Shown: positions 27,443 to 40,024 of the stretch, piece after piece
Layout of the letters: every line of letters starts with the position of its first letter
How positions within the stretch are numbered: position 1 is the first letter of the stretch
Source: Nitrospirales bacterium
Lineage (GTDB): Bacteria; Nitrospirota; Nitrospiria; Nitrospirales; UBA8639
Assembly (NCBI GenBank): GCA_965203295.1
Contig: CBDBCZ010000018.1
Span: forward strand, 1,728,001 to 1,792,000
Direction of reading: 5' to 3'
DNA length: 64,000 nucleotides
Notes under the pieces: model-generated
What the model was told of the DNA's origin: nothing
Seen by the model: the letters and a program-made list of their open reading frames with translations, nothing else
The model's database searches: none
Position numbers and translations under genes: made by a program

Positions 27443-27784
27443 AGGGAACGTTTCTGCTCTGTGTAAGCGTTTCTGATCATGACCAAACACATACACTATA
27501 TTTTCAATGCCTTTGAAATTTGAATGCTCAATCATTGTGCTTGAATTCCGGGGGCGTTTCTGCTCGTCGTGAACGTTTCTGACAAGAAAGTGGGAAACAA
27601 TAATGGGTAAAAAAGGGAACGTTTCTGCTCTGTGTAAGCGTTTCTGATCATGACCAAACACATACACTATATTTTCAATGCCTTTGAAATTTGAATGCTC
27701 AATCATTGTGCTTGAATTCCGGGGGCGTTTCTGCTCGTCGTGAACGTTTCTGACAAGAAAGTGGGAAACAATAATGGGTAAAAA
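27443..27784. repeat. Exact two-copy tandem duplication, 171-bp period
   Basis: agggaacgtttctgctctg... starts at 27443 and 27614; explains the repeated peptide in ORF 27419..27835. Confidence 0.92.
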
Positions 27785-27968
27785 ATTGGAATAGAATAGT
27801 AGGCAGTTTTTCGGAGATAATATCCTAGATAGCATACTAGGCTGGCGTTGCGATAATCTGTCACAATGGGCATGATGGGTGGGGCTAGTTGAGTAGATCT
27901 ATTCTGCCCACGCTTATAGCCCCACCCAGCACCTACCCACGAGAGAATATGGCTGAGCAGGTACAGAG

Positions 27969-28747
27969 ACTAGCCATTAGCGACAGAAGGTTAGCCTCGA
28001 TAATTAACCCTTTTCTCACGTGAGGCGGAAGATTATTTAATACTTTAACCCTTTTCTCAATAGTAAGCCTCTATAGTGGAGTGAACAGTGTAAAATGTTT
28101 GCTGGATTACTCCTCAGCACAGTAGTTACATATGAGGGGTGATCAGTGTCAAAATTGCTATACAAAATTATCCGGGGTGGTTTTGCGATTAGAAGGGAAT
28201 GCACTTTTAAGGCAGAGGGGGTATACTGTTCAGGCTAAGGGGGTAGTAGTCACGCATAGGGGGCACACTGATCACCCCTCATAGTTACAAATGTAGTCAT
28301 CTGGGAGTGTATCATTAAGATGGTGCTGTGTGCACCCACATTGTGCAGATGGAACACTGAAGCCAGGTCACCAGCTCTCCACTAGCAGATGAAGAACGAT
28401 CGTCTTCCTGAAGGCAAACAGCGCAAAACCTAGTGAAGTTAGCTTCGATTTACACTGTTTACTTTCTTCCAATGAGAGCTTGCCCAACCCACTGGTGGTT
28501 GATGTCCGCTTTCGTTTAGTGGAAAAAAAGCGAAGTTGCTTCTCGTGATTTGCGTTTGGAGCATAGTGTCTTTTGATTGGTAGAACCTTTGCTTCTGTCT
28601 GAGACTGCTGCTGCATTGCCTTCACAACTGTGATGGCATTTTGTGTAGTTACGCAATGCGCATGCGCGTCGCCTGATCTTTGACCTATCGATGCACGTGA
28701 GAAAAGGGTTAATTATCGAGGCTAACCTTCTGTCGCTAATGGCTAGT
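27969..28747 (-). mobile_element. Non-autonomous DNA transposon with 54-bp perfect TIRs and 8-bp TSD, carrying a PHD-finger coding fragment
   Basis: TIRs 27969-28022 and 28694-28747; TSD GTACAGAG at 27961-27968 and 28748-28755; minus-strand APNANHEKQLRFFSTKRKR, then frameshifted FCAVCLQEDD...WLQCSICTMWVH. Confidence 0.85.
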
Positions 28748-30202
28748 GTACAGAGTTGTGAGGCTAGGCGTGTGAGCAAGCACCTGAAGCCACAGGGCGA
28801 ACGATCATCAGGCAGAAAGTCCCACTAGGCATCTGGTTTCTTGAGAGGGCCAGACTGTACAGTTGCTTTCCTGGGAAGAGGTATGCTTACCGTGTTAATG
28901 AACTGTGACGACGGCCAAGGGATAGTCTCGTTCCGGCCTGCAAGGAGCGCTTACAGCATAAGCAGTTGTAGTACCTTCTACCTAGCTACGGTATCAATTG
29001 GGCAGGAAGTCTGTTAGGGGCTTTAAGTTTCAGGCTAGGGTTTAGGGTAGCACGATCTTGACTAGGTTTGGGTGGGTTGGCTCGGTTGGAAGTTAGGATA
29101 GGCTAGTTAGGGTTAGGGTAGGGCCTAGAGACCAACTGTTGGGTTTAAAGCTAGCTGCATTGATTGCATTAGTATCGCGATACAAGCTAATGTGCATGTG
29201 CATATGTGCATACATTACCCATTCAAAGGTATGCACTTCCTGTCTTAGCCTTGATTGCAATCTGAGAATGAGGCTAGATGCAAACTAGAGGTCTTCAAAG
29301 ACAAACCCATGCTGCTTTACGTTAATACTGAGACACAGGCATAGCTGTGAATTAAACAGAAAACTTTGCGTTAGTGTTTGCATTTGTCCACAAAGTGTCT
29401 GGCACTATACTACAGCTTTTAGCATTTTGTAATTGAGAGGATTCTTTCACCAACTATGGAGCATACCTGCAGCTACATGTAGATACAGAGTGATAGTTCT
29501 AAGTAAACAGCTAAGTTGCACGCATAGGCTAAATGCACCTGCCCTTTGAACTGTTCGTAGCAGTACAGACACAGAGCTTGGCAAGTTACAGCTACGTTCA
29601 TCACAAGCTGTATTGCCTTAGAGAGACCCTCTGTTGTAAAGTTGAATCTGCAGGCTTAATCTTTGTGAAACCTGTTCTCTGAACGTTGTAATTGTACAAT
29701 AATGTAATTGTGAATCTGGATCTGGATATCCCAGCCCAGCAAGCTGTAGGTGTGTCCCATTGCCATATTAAAATGGTGGACAACACTGAAGCATACATTC
29801 TGCTGTTTGATAGGCATAAACTCCTTAGTGTCACCTGATTCTGGATTAACTGACATAGCGGAGTAGCTATACTTATAGCCTTGCAGACGTCCATACAGGA
29901 ATCTGAATGTTTTGCTGCACTGCACCACAGGAATTGTGGTGCTTAATTGCTATCCTAGGTTAGCCTAGGTTAGCCTAGGTTAGCCTATCAGTGTGAAGAA
30001 GGCCTGGGTTTAAGGATAAGCAATGGTTTCTAGATAGCAGCTGACCTTTCACATGAAAGGATATAATTCCCCGTTATCTACCCCAAATCTAGAATAGTCA
30101 CTAGCTACATGTACATTGTTGACTTAATGAAAGCTTAATCTTCGTATAACAGGAGATTTTCACAGGTGCAACTTTTCGCGAAAATGCCAGAATGCCTTTA
30201 CT

Positions 30203-30707
30203 TTATTTCCCCGCGCTGTGTATGCGCGAACGGGGTTGAATAATCGGTTTTGTCTGTCTGTCGTCGTCGTCATTGTTGCCATCTGTCATACAAAAACTTT
30301 GGAAAACCCTTTCAACAGGGGATTCAGAGGCTACAACAATTTCTAAACTGGAGGATAACGCTCAAGTTCGTGGTACATTACCTTATATGTACCTGATTAA
30401 GTAGAACACGGTTTTATTCTCGGCGTTTCCACGCTTATTCTGATTATCGGTGTGTTTCACCATTTTTTTAATACAGCTATTGGTCACGCCTAAAGCTTGA
30501 ATACGGACATACGCGAGCGCTCGAGTATGGTATACGAGTCTTTTATTCAACATGGAGCTAATAGAAGAGATAGAAAGCATACTGGAGTGTACGTAGAGAA
30601 ACGCCCGTGTCATTACTACGGCGATCAGCCATGCCTACAGCTCGTATACGGCGTTACATGAACACGGTATGCAGATCTACATGCTGTTTCCAGTCTGCAG
30701 GGTCCAG
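30203..30707 (+). mobile_element. 3'-truncated copy of the HINE-like element at 24030-24565
   Basis: Reverse complement of ~24066-24563; stops just before the 3' subterminal IR. Confidence 0.8.
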
Positions 30708-31894
30708 CATGGTGCCTGCACATAGAGAAAGCGTTCACCAAGTGTAAACAGTGGAACCCTTAAAAGGACACCAGTGAAGAGTCCTTTATTTGTATCCTTA
30801 TATATTATCATATACATAGAATGAAATTTTCACTTGGTGCAATTTTCTACGCCCATACCAATTTGCGAAATAGAAATTTGAACCAGTGAACTATTAAACT
30901 GCCAAAATTGACACATGGCTCTGCCTGTTTTGACGATACGTTATTTTAAGACTGCAGACGTCCTTCTAGCTCCAAGTGGATCTTTGCTTACTTTCGTTAG
31001 ACCAACAAGGTGGCTGTCCGTCAAAGACGTTGGGGGCAGGTGGCTATGTGGAATGGACAGACATGTACGCAAGAACAACAGTTGACAGTACAAAGGGGCG
31101 CGGTCAATAATTTATATTAATGTGTCACTTGTTGTTGTTAATTCACAGTAAACGTACACGCATGTCACATATCACTGCTAGGAAGCAAGCGCTCACTCAG
31201 GCTCGCCCTAAGGTGCCCTGCATCTCCCTAGTACTGCGTCCAATTGCAGTAAGCAACGTCTGAAGAAACCATGTATAGAACCCTACCCCTGACAGCCCAC
31301 TTTGAGATCACACAAAGACAGGGAAGGTATAGTCCTGGCTAATTGGAAATCTGTCTCTGTGCTTCAAAAATACCAAAAGCTTCAACTTCTAAAACAAGTG
31401 ACAATTAGATAAGTGATTGCTACTGCGTTAATATTTAACAAACAATGCAGTGTATGACAGTGGTAAGCAACCCTAGAAGGAACTGTGTAAGGAACCAAGA
31501 CAAATCATGAAAGCAAGGTGAGATTTTGGGCATTTCTTAGTCTTGAGAGGGGTATATTCATTACAGAGACAGTGAAAAACAGAATTCTATATGAAGCACT
31601 GCTAAATGGTTGGTAGCTCGGCAGAGATTTAGAAATGAAGTGCAGGAGAGTAAAGCAGGAAAGGAACAGAGCAAGCAGCTCAGATCGATCTAGAGTCAGT
31701 AGTGGTGCTGAGCATAGTTTGGAAGCTCTAGAAGAAAGAGGAGGCAAGATGATTGACGAGGAAGAAATGAGCAAAGAATGTTTCATACTCACCCTCCATG
31801 CTTAGAAGTAGCTAAATCTTGTGTAACCATGCCAGATAGCGCTGAGCATGGCAGTGTGCATTGACCTGCTACCGAAAGGTTGATTGGCTTTATA

Positions 31895-32340
31895 TATAAA
31901 GTCGTAGGCATTGAGTGCCAGGGTGCACTCCTCCCCGAGTGAGTCAGGCACATGTCCAATCATTTTGTAATGATCCTCAGCCTCTGTATTTTACTAACAC
32001 TAGTGTCTTTGGCTGTCCCTCACACTTGGCTCTTGGTATATATGCCATTGTGGAGTAATTCATTGAGTCATACTAGTTTCAGTTGGAGAATCAGTAATGG
32101 TTTATGGTGCTGATGATGTTGCTGCTAATAGTTTACCTTACGGTCACCTTAAATGAAGCTACTGTATTCCCTGCTAAGCTTTACACTCACCAACATGCAC
32201 TCACTCAGAAAGCCACACTTCTTGAGGATCTTCGCAGTTGCTCTGCAGCGACGCAAGACCGTACACTAGCGTGAGACTATATTAAAGCTTACTACAGTAC
32301 TAACGATTAGCATGCACGTGAGAAGTCAGCTCCTCCCTCC
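31895..32340 (-). promoter_or_regulatory. Duplicated promoter/first-exon-like cassette (copy 1; copy 2 at 39304-39705)
   Basis: Homologous to 39304-39705; both keep CACGTG (32315-32320, 39684-39689) and a minus-strand GTGAGT donor (32185-32190, 39566-39571). Confidence 0.5.
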
Positions 32341-32471
32341 CGTTACTGCTAGAACCGCAGCCCGCAGTCTGTACACAAATATTAATATGTATAACACATC
32401 AACTTTATAGACATAAGATGATTACAAGTGGCATTGATATGCACCACTGGCTTCAAGGCAGTTCATGGATT

Positions 32472-34223
32472 TCAATTTCTTGAGTGTTTCCTGCAAAGGA
32501 AAAAACAGACACTTGTGGCAGAACCGAGGTGGGATAGGACTACGACCTCCGAGGATCACTCCCATAGACTCTATAGTCGCAACTGCAGTCATCTCGATCC
32601 GTACCTGTTAATGTATCTACTTAGAAGTTAGAATTGTCCACAGTAGCAAAACATCATACTGTTTCCCATGGTTCTCAACAACAGTGGGCCAAGGAGTGAA
32701 AAAATGCTATATATCTTAAATTAATTACCAGGTCCACACCATTGGACATTAACAGGAAAGTCTTTATCTTCATGTACCCAAATAAGCAGAGGGCTTGGAA
32801 TAAGCTTACAAAAGTGCCAGTTGACAATCAATAGCACAACAGGAGAGGCCTTGTGCAAATGGACAAATCAGTGCAATCACTAGCTGGTCAAGATCATGAC
32901 TGCAATGGTAACTATATACACACTTACAGAGACTATGGGAGTGGCCCTCATTCAGTCCATTAAATACCCACACATTAAACCTACAAGGCCTCTGCCCAAC
33001 TTTTGCTGCGAGAGAGCCTGGGGACAAAGCTGCATAAACCAATGGCAGTAGAAACTACATCTACATACCAGTGTGAACAGGCCAAGTGTATTAGCAGCAG
33101 CACCAAGCCTGCAATTATCGACTGAGTTGCTGTCACAATGTACGCAATGCCCAAGAACAGGTTCCGTCCACCTAGCCAGGAGATCTCAGCAAGGAAGAGA
33201 GATTTGGTCCCTTTATATTCACGCACAGGGTAGTCTGCTGTAGGTTAAGGAAACTGGCTGATAACTTTAACTTACACTGTGCAAACACCTTTCAGAGATA
33301 TACACATACCTGCATATGCACCTTAAGAATCTCAGCTTGAACTGGCTAAGTGATTTATACTAGCTAGATGCATGCTACATAGCTACCACACAGAGAGGAG
33401 GCTACATATACATCACCAGCAAATGGCTATCAAGCAAGGAGTCACTTAAATATCTTGTCCACTTCATTATGTACAAGAACTTTAGTAAGCTGTTTTAGCG
33501 ATGACATCATGCTTCAAGTTAGACTAATATGTGGCAGTCCCATGAACATTATTCTACCAAGATTGTCACTGCATTCAATGTCTTATATTGCTTATTTTCT
33601 GTTAATGGGTGGGGCTCAAATGCACAGTGTACATGGAACAACTACTGATGCAACTACACATCACATTTGAGCCCTACCATAACAGTCATTGTGTTCTCCA
33701 TTAATGTAGTGACATGATCAAAATATGCAACAGAATATGTTCACTTTCCAACTAGGACCACAGTCATACATGCTAGCCTTCATCCCATGCCTCAACCCAG
33801 TTTTAGTCACTTGCAGTATGAAATGTGGGAAGCTTAGGAACGAGGCCACGTACAATGTATAGACGACTACCGGTATTGCATTAATATGAAGGATACTGTA
33901 AGTGAGAAAGATGGAGTAGTTTCCTGAAGGGAGATTAATATCAGCGGAACCATTCTCTTGCAGTCGGCCATACAGTTTGCGGAATTTTGGAAATGCTGAC
34001 ACACGAAACCAAACAATAAAGCTCTCGTTCTCCAGTCCCCCAGGAATTTCTGAGAGATCATACGGCCAGTTGGGGGGCATGGTGGTGTCAACAAGATCCT
34101 CAGGGCTGACCTCAGGGGCGCCGTTTGGGTTTTGGAAGCGAACACTACAGTCAGTATCCCTGGTTCTATTACAGCAGGTCATGTTCTCACCCGTATCACG
34201 ATTCATGAACATATCAAAGGAGT
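32472..34223 (-). pseudogene. TMEM30A: CDC50/LEM3 family (TMEM30, P4-ATPase flippase beta subunit), C-terminal exons only
   Basis: Exons 34223-33897, 33234-33069, 32490-32472 (stop). Peptides PPNW, GLENESFIVWFRVSAFPKFRKLYGRL, LPSGNY, NYPVREYKGTKS and ISWLGGRNLFLGIAYIV; the usual GIAW motif before TD appears deleted; no upstream CDC50 exons found. Confidence 0.85.
33235..33896 (-). other. U12-type (minor spliceosome) GT-AG intron
   Basis: 5' splice site GTATCCTT at 33896; branch point TTTCCTTAAC at 33253-33244, about 10 nt from the CAG acceptor; no polypyrimidine tract. Confidence 0.9.
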
Positions 34224-34861
34224 CTAGAAGGAGAGACAAACACAATAATAATTTACACAGCCCACATACTTAAACTCAGACGTCTACATGAACAAGGACA
34301 AACTACACACATGTGTGTTCAGGAATTTTACTATGCACGCACGATCCACTCTAATCACTACATTGGAGTGCACAAAACATTGTGACTGTTCGCATTTTGC
34401 CAGATCTAGAAAAGTATTGTATTAACATTTTAAAAGTGAGATGGGCCATCACTGAAGATGCAATATGGTGAAGCAAAAGTCATATATGTACATGTAGATA
34501 TCTAGTAATCCATCAAAACCAAAATCTGCATTTGGCGTTAGAAATTTCTTTGGAAGGTTCGCTCCCACTATATTTGCTAGTAGACTCAGAGAGTCCATGC
34601 ACTGTTTATAGTGGAAATTCCACTCCAATTCTGTGCATAAATTACACAAGTGACTGTACAAGATATGAATGGATCTACAATGTATGAGTGTACACACTGT
34701 ACGTATATGTTTTTTTTTTCAACCTCACTGCTTTCCCAAAGAGCTTGACTTCTTTATTTGGACTGCCACATTAAATAGATGATAATTATTCTACAACTCC
34801 CCACATCCAGATGAAATCATAGAGAAGGTTGGAAGAAGCTAACCCACATGTACGTACATAC

Positions 34862-37800
34862 CTCTGAGGCACACATCATCTCTGAGTGCTTCTGCAAACT
34901 CTTGTGCACCTTTATCACCAATGTCAACGTTGAAGTTTAGTGTAACTCTGCGCAGACCTGGTATCTTTTCCAGTTTGAGCTTTTGTGATCGGAGGCTATC
35001 TTTCCAAGTTTCATTTTGTGTGTGCAGGCAATGTTGCTGCAGAAATAGTAAAGGTGTAGTAAATAAATGTAGCCTCGTATCCAGATAGACCTATTACCAT
35101 CGTAGTAATGTATCTGAGATGTATATCAGAACATATATGTATATACAATCTCATTACTACGTAGCTACACACAAGTTCCTTCCTTCATTACAGCAAGGCT
35201 TCTTAGGCTTCTCTCCAGTTCAATTCAGTGACAGCTTTAGTCCTTGTTTTGTAAGGCATGGTACCATACACAGGAAGAGCAACTAAAATGTGACTTCCAA
35301 TCTTTAAAAGCCACTCTGAATACCTGTCTGCCAATCACGATGACTGAAGTGTTGACGGAACTGTCAGTCTACTTCAGTGAAAACTTTTGTTTCGTTAGAA
35401 AGAGAAAGGAATCTATTCTAAATCAAAGCAACAACACCTCTAGTGATGTTCGTAAAATTCTAATTGCTAACCATCCTAGAGCGATGGTACAGAAGTAAAG
35501 CCTGTTGACTTTTGCCACAGTTAGCAACACTGTTGTCGTGAGTGACATATTGTGCATGCAAATAACATGTAGTTGATATGTATCGCTAGACTACAACCTT
35601 GATTAGGACTGCTACTGATGATGCTCCTTGGGATGACAGGCTGCACGCAGTGAGATCCAGCCACTCCAGAGATTAAGAGTTCTTCACCGCACTGCAGATG
35701 ACTGCATAGTAAGGGAATATATTATATATCAGCATCAGTATGAATCTTACGTACGTGTACTTTTGGCATGCTGAGAATGGTACCCACAACCGGTGTGGTC
35801 TGTACTGGCTCAGGTATGTATATGATAATTACGTAAGGAGGTGGGAATTAGAGAGCTCGATTGTAATGCATGTACATGCATTGGATTAAGTAACTTGGTA
35901 TTACAATGTAAGCTATCATCAGCCACACTTCAGTAATCTACAACGCTTGTGATTAAGAGAAATACAGTAGTTTGGTTTGTTTGAGCAACACTTCATGTTC
36001 TGCCAACTAATAGAGCTCACTTTCAGCAGCCTTGTTCCCGATCTCAGATCCCTTCAGTGAAAGATGCACCAAGGATGTAGTTTTCAGCAATCCCTAAACA
36101 TGGAGGCTGGAAGATGGCCACACCAGGATTACTTCCTGGAAAACATAATTCAATTTTAATATGGTGCGGACTACAAGCGCTATTTAAGTATATGATCGAG
36201 TGGTTCCAGTGGGGTTGGTACCTAAATGAGTTCCCTCAACAGTGAATCAGGCATCACCGCCCAATACTACCATAGTCTCATGCCCAGCCACATGTTAGAA
36301 AGGTGGGTGTGGCACACTGCATAATCAAAGTTGGTTTAAAATACGTCAGCAGTCCCAGAACTGGACCGGCAATGCGAAGTGGATATCACAGTTGCATCTA
36401 TGTTCTACGTAGCCTTGTTCCCAGCCACCAGCTCTTGCAAAAATAAATGGGAGAAGTAACTTTTCCCGTTTATTTTCCTGAGTGCACGTGGGAGGAGCCT
36501 GGAAACGAGGCCATTCATGTCGCTGAACTCCCCATGGTTAGGTGGGTACGAAGTGGCTGCTGCAATTGTGATATCCGCTTGGTGATGTAATACTACAATC
36601 AGCCAATCGCACTGCCGGTCCAGATCTGGGATTGCTGACGTATGGCTAACCCAAATTTCAATACACAGGGGGCGCCAGTCCCACTTTTTTAACGTGGGGG
36701 CTGGGCACGAGACTACCACTACTATGGCCTACTGCAACTGTGATATCTGTTTGGTGATGAAATATTCAATGCCGGTCCAGAACTGTGGCCACTGATGATG
36801 CAATGCTGCCGCAACTTTGAATATACAGGGCGTAACGTAGGACTGGGCACGAGACAAATAATGCCAGGGCTAGCTAGACATGTGGCAATAATGAAAAACC
36901 CAATTGCAATGTAGAGTCTCAGAAATAATGTTTTCACTCCACAATGTGACAGTTAAGGGATGGCCATACGTGCAAACTACATGCATACACTGTCCAAGCT
37001 AAACTACGTACAAAAGCACATGACTATACTAGATAAAGACAAGGACTAGAATATTTTGGCAACGTTATTGTAATTTCAGATTCATGATACACGCAATTAA
37101 TATATACTAACATGTAGTAGCCAGTAGTGGCTGTACACACTGTGCATACTATCAAATGTAATGGATATGCCCCCCACACTGTTTAGACTAGAAAATGCAC
37201 AATTTAGATTTGTGGTACTGTAGATACAAAGCTGCCTTCACATCTACATGTACGTACATCATCTACTACGCTAATTGCATTTACCTGTGCTAAACACTTG
37301 CAGTCTTTCAGGTGTAGGTGAACACCTTCAAACACGAGAGATTTCAGAGCACTTGAGGCACACAAGCACCCTTGAACAGATCTATCATAAAGTCATTCCA
37401 TTATATATATCAGTATATGCAGTGCTGTATATACTGCAAAGCACAAGCTTAATTACTGTGATCATAGATAGTAGAGTAGAAGGAGTTCCTGTCCTTCTAC
37501 TCTACTATCTATGGTGCGATAAAAAGTATCTTAAGGTTCAAAACTGCATTGATTATTAACTTAAGATCAATGCACTAACTTTAATGCAGCTAGAGCTACC
37601 GTACCAGTTGTCTAATGAGGGCTCTATCCTACTATTAACATGGTACACATATACCATTAACACCATCAACTGCAGGTACGTACTCGGCAATGCTGTACAC
37701 TGTATTTCTATCAGGCACACCACGTCTCAAATGTGGAACAGCAGCAACTCTTTGGTACTTCACACCATCTGCAGAACAAAGAGAAGCGATATTTGCTAGT

Positions 37801-38356
37801 TATAGCTGACAGTAGTCTAAGACTAGTGTTTCTTTGTGCATAGATTCACTATTATAAACATACCTACACAGCAGTCAATCAACTGGAAGCTTTCTGCTTA
37901 TGCTGTACACAAAGCTGCCCTGTGCAAATGTACATCTATCCTCGCTCCCAGGCCCTCACTTCATTTGGTTGCATGAAGGCTAGCATAATATACTTGTAAA
38001 AAGTCACTGGATTAATGGAGGTACTGTCTAACTACATGTATTGGTGTACTGACCACTATTTACAGTATTATAGATAAAAGGTCTAATTACATACCAATGC
38101 TTCTCACAGTTGGGTAAAGTCTTTCCTCCCATTTGTCTATGAAGGCAACAGTATGCAGTGCCTTGTTGATCTGTAAAGCAGTCAGAACTGGGTGCCAGTC
38201 GTTTCTCTTAGCCTTGTAGACCCAACAACTCAGCACTCCTTCCTTGGCTCCACTGCGTATACTGGCTATAGGACACGTGTCTTCCAGGGCACACAGGCTT
38301 TCATAGTAAGCTACAAAGTCTTCAGCTCCTCACTCATGAATGCGAACAGCCTCCAT
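34862..38356 (-). pseudogene. CEP78: Centrosomal protein CEP78, N-terminal LRR half, two premature stops
   Basis: Phase-consistent exons 38356-38095, 37768-37684, 37381-37285, 36093-36021, 35701-35598, 35036-34862. Peptides DFVAYYESLCALEDTCP, DWHPVLTALQINK, GCLCASSALKSL, SLVHLSLKGSEIG and ETWKDSLR...GLRRVTLNFNVDIGDKGA match CEP78; TGA at 38332-38330 and TAA at 35675-35673. Confidence 0.88.
36273..36857. mobile_element. Nested TAG...CTA fold-back MITEs in a CEP78 intron
   Basis: Outer tagtctcatgcccagcc (36273) / ggctgggcacgagacta (36715); inner tagccttgttcccag...ctggaaacgaggcc (~36409-36512); extra right-arm copy to ~36857. Confidence 0.7.
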
Positions 38357-39303
38357 CTATGGTGGAAATAGCAACTTCTGATATAGAAGTATTAGCTATA
38401 CCGTACCATGCACAAGCTGCTCTGAATATAGTTAACTCCCTATAGCTACATGAACGCATACTACATTTATTTCTTTCTGGTAGGTTTAGATTGTAGTTGC
38501 ATTGTCTAGTAAGTACATGTAATCTGCTGTTTCAATGGATTATGAAAGCAGTTCAAGCACCTATTCCACAACATATATGTGAATAAGAAGGTGCTTTGCA
38601 CTCATTTTGATAAAAAAATTAGGCCAAAAATTAAATGTAGTTGTTCCAAGTCTGTACTAAAATGACAGTAGAAGAAATGGTGGGACTAAGATCTTTATTT
38701 AATGTGACAATATAAAGCCCCTCAGAAGGTTATAAACAGAATGTTTTAAACAGACAAGTATTCCATCAGACATCTTTAGTGACATACTCTATGAATTTGT
38801 GTGCAACATGTGGCCGTAGGTAAAGTACAAAGATCTCTGCAGGCAGGCTTGGGAAAGAGGCTAGCAGTGTATTAAAGGTATACAAGGGTCACTAACACCT
38901 TCAGGTACTGAGAGCAGTAAGTGTAGTGTCTGGAGACACTAGCCTTGAGCTGCATATGGGACACGAGTTCAAATCCTGGTTCAGCAAAAACCCAATGAAG
39001 GTTTGGAGCAGCTATGGTACAGGGCTGGGTGCTTCCCTCTTGCTGTGGAAACTGGTACATGTACATACGCCATATCAGCTTCCCACAGTGTTTCAGATAC
39101 CATTTTTATAACCCAATTTGGTATCTTTCATGGCTGATTAAGCATTCCAGTACACTAATTAAATGCTGCAGCTACAAGTATAGGCAAATCAGGATTCTAG
39201 AGGTCTGGCAAACAAAGAAAGTTAGGATTGTCTCTATGATATTATAGAATCTGTAGGTGAAGGCTACACCAACATGTGGACAGCAAAAGTAACAAGATCG
39301 CTC

Positions 39304-39705
39304 TAAAGTCAGTAGGCATTGTTTGCCCGAGTGCACTTCTCCGAGTGAATCAAGCCAATCATTTTGTAATGATTATCAACCTTTGTACTCTCCTAACACT
39401 AAGTGTCTTTGGCTATCCATGGTATTTTGCTCTAGGTGGATAAACCATTGTGGAATAATTTATTGAGTCATACAAGTTTCAGTTGTAATGGTTTACAGTT
39501 GCTGATGATGTTGCTGCTGATACTTTTCCTTATGGACACCGTAAAGCTTCCCTACTAGAGTCTACACTCACCAAATATGCAGCATGTGCAGTCAGTCAAG
39601 AAAGCCACACCTCTTCGCAGTCGCATGCACTGCAGCAACGCAAGACCGTACTAGCGTGAGACTCTACACGAACGCTTAGCATGCACGTGAGAACCCAGCT
39701 CCTCC
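39304..39705 (-). promoter_or_regulatory. Duplicated promoter/first-exon-like cassette (copy 2), upstream of the CEP78 fragment
   Basis: Homologous to 31895-32340; see that feature. Confidence 0.5.
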
Positions 39706-40024
39706 TGCGTAATACATTTTACGCAATTAAAATCAGATGATCTGGAGTGCGCCACTGCTTTCAAGTTATCTATGGTGCTACGTACCTTGACTCTGGTTGC
39801 TGTAGTTTGCAGCAGAGATGCTAATAATACCTTTGTTTGCAGCTTTAGTCAAACTCCCTTCCCCGCCCCCCAAAAGAAAACAAAAACAAACAAAAACAAA
39901 GACCCGGCAATGATAAGTGAGACTTCGACCTGTTCGCGTCTACTGCCATACCTCTCATTTCATGTATTATAGGAATCGAGAACGCGGCAAGGAACCGCCA
40001 GCTAGCTAAGGAACTACGAAGTAT

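Noticed and set aside
29020..29125. Telomeric repeat (also ~15710-15750)
   Set aside because: Only scattered, degenerate TTAGGG-like words, not a tandem array
29601..29928. Two overlapping ~90-aa minus-strand ORFs
   Set aside because: No recognisable domain or convincing splice context
35673..38332. Selenocysteine, readthrough or an alternative genetic code in CEP78
   Set aside because: The two stops differ (TGA and TAA), each is one C>T change from CGA or CAA, and the gene is also truncated
38872..39247. Short ORFs upstream of the CEP78 fragment
   Set aside because: No recognisable homology; probably intron or UTR sequence
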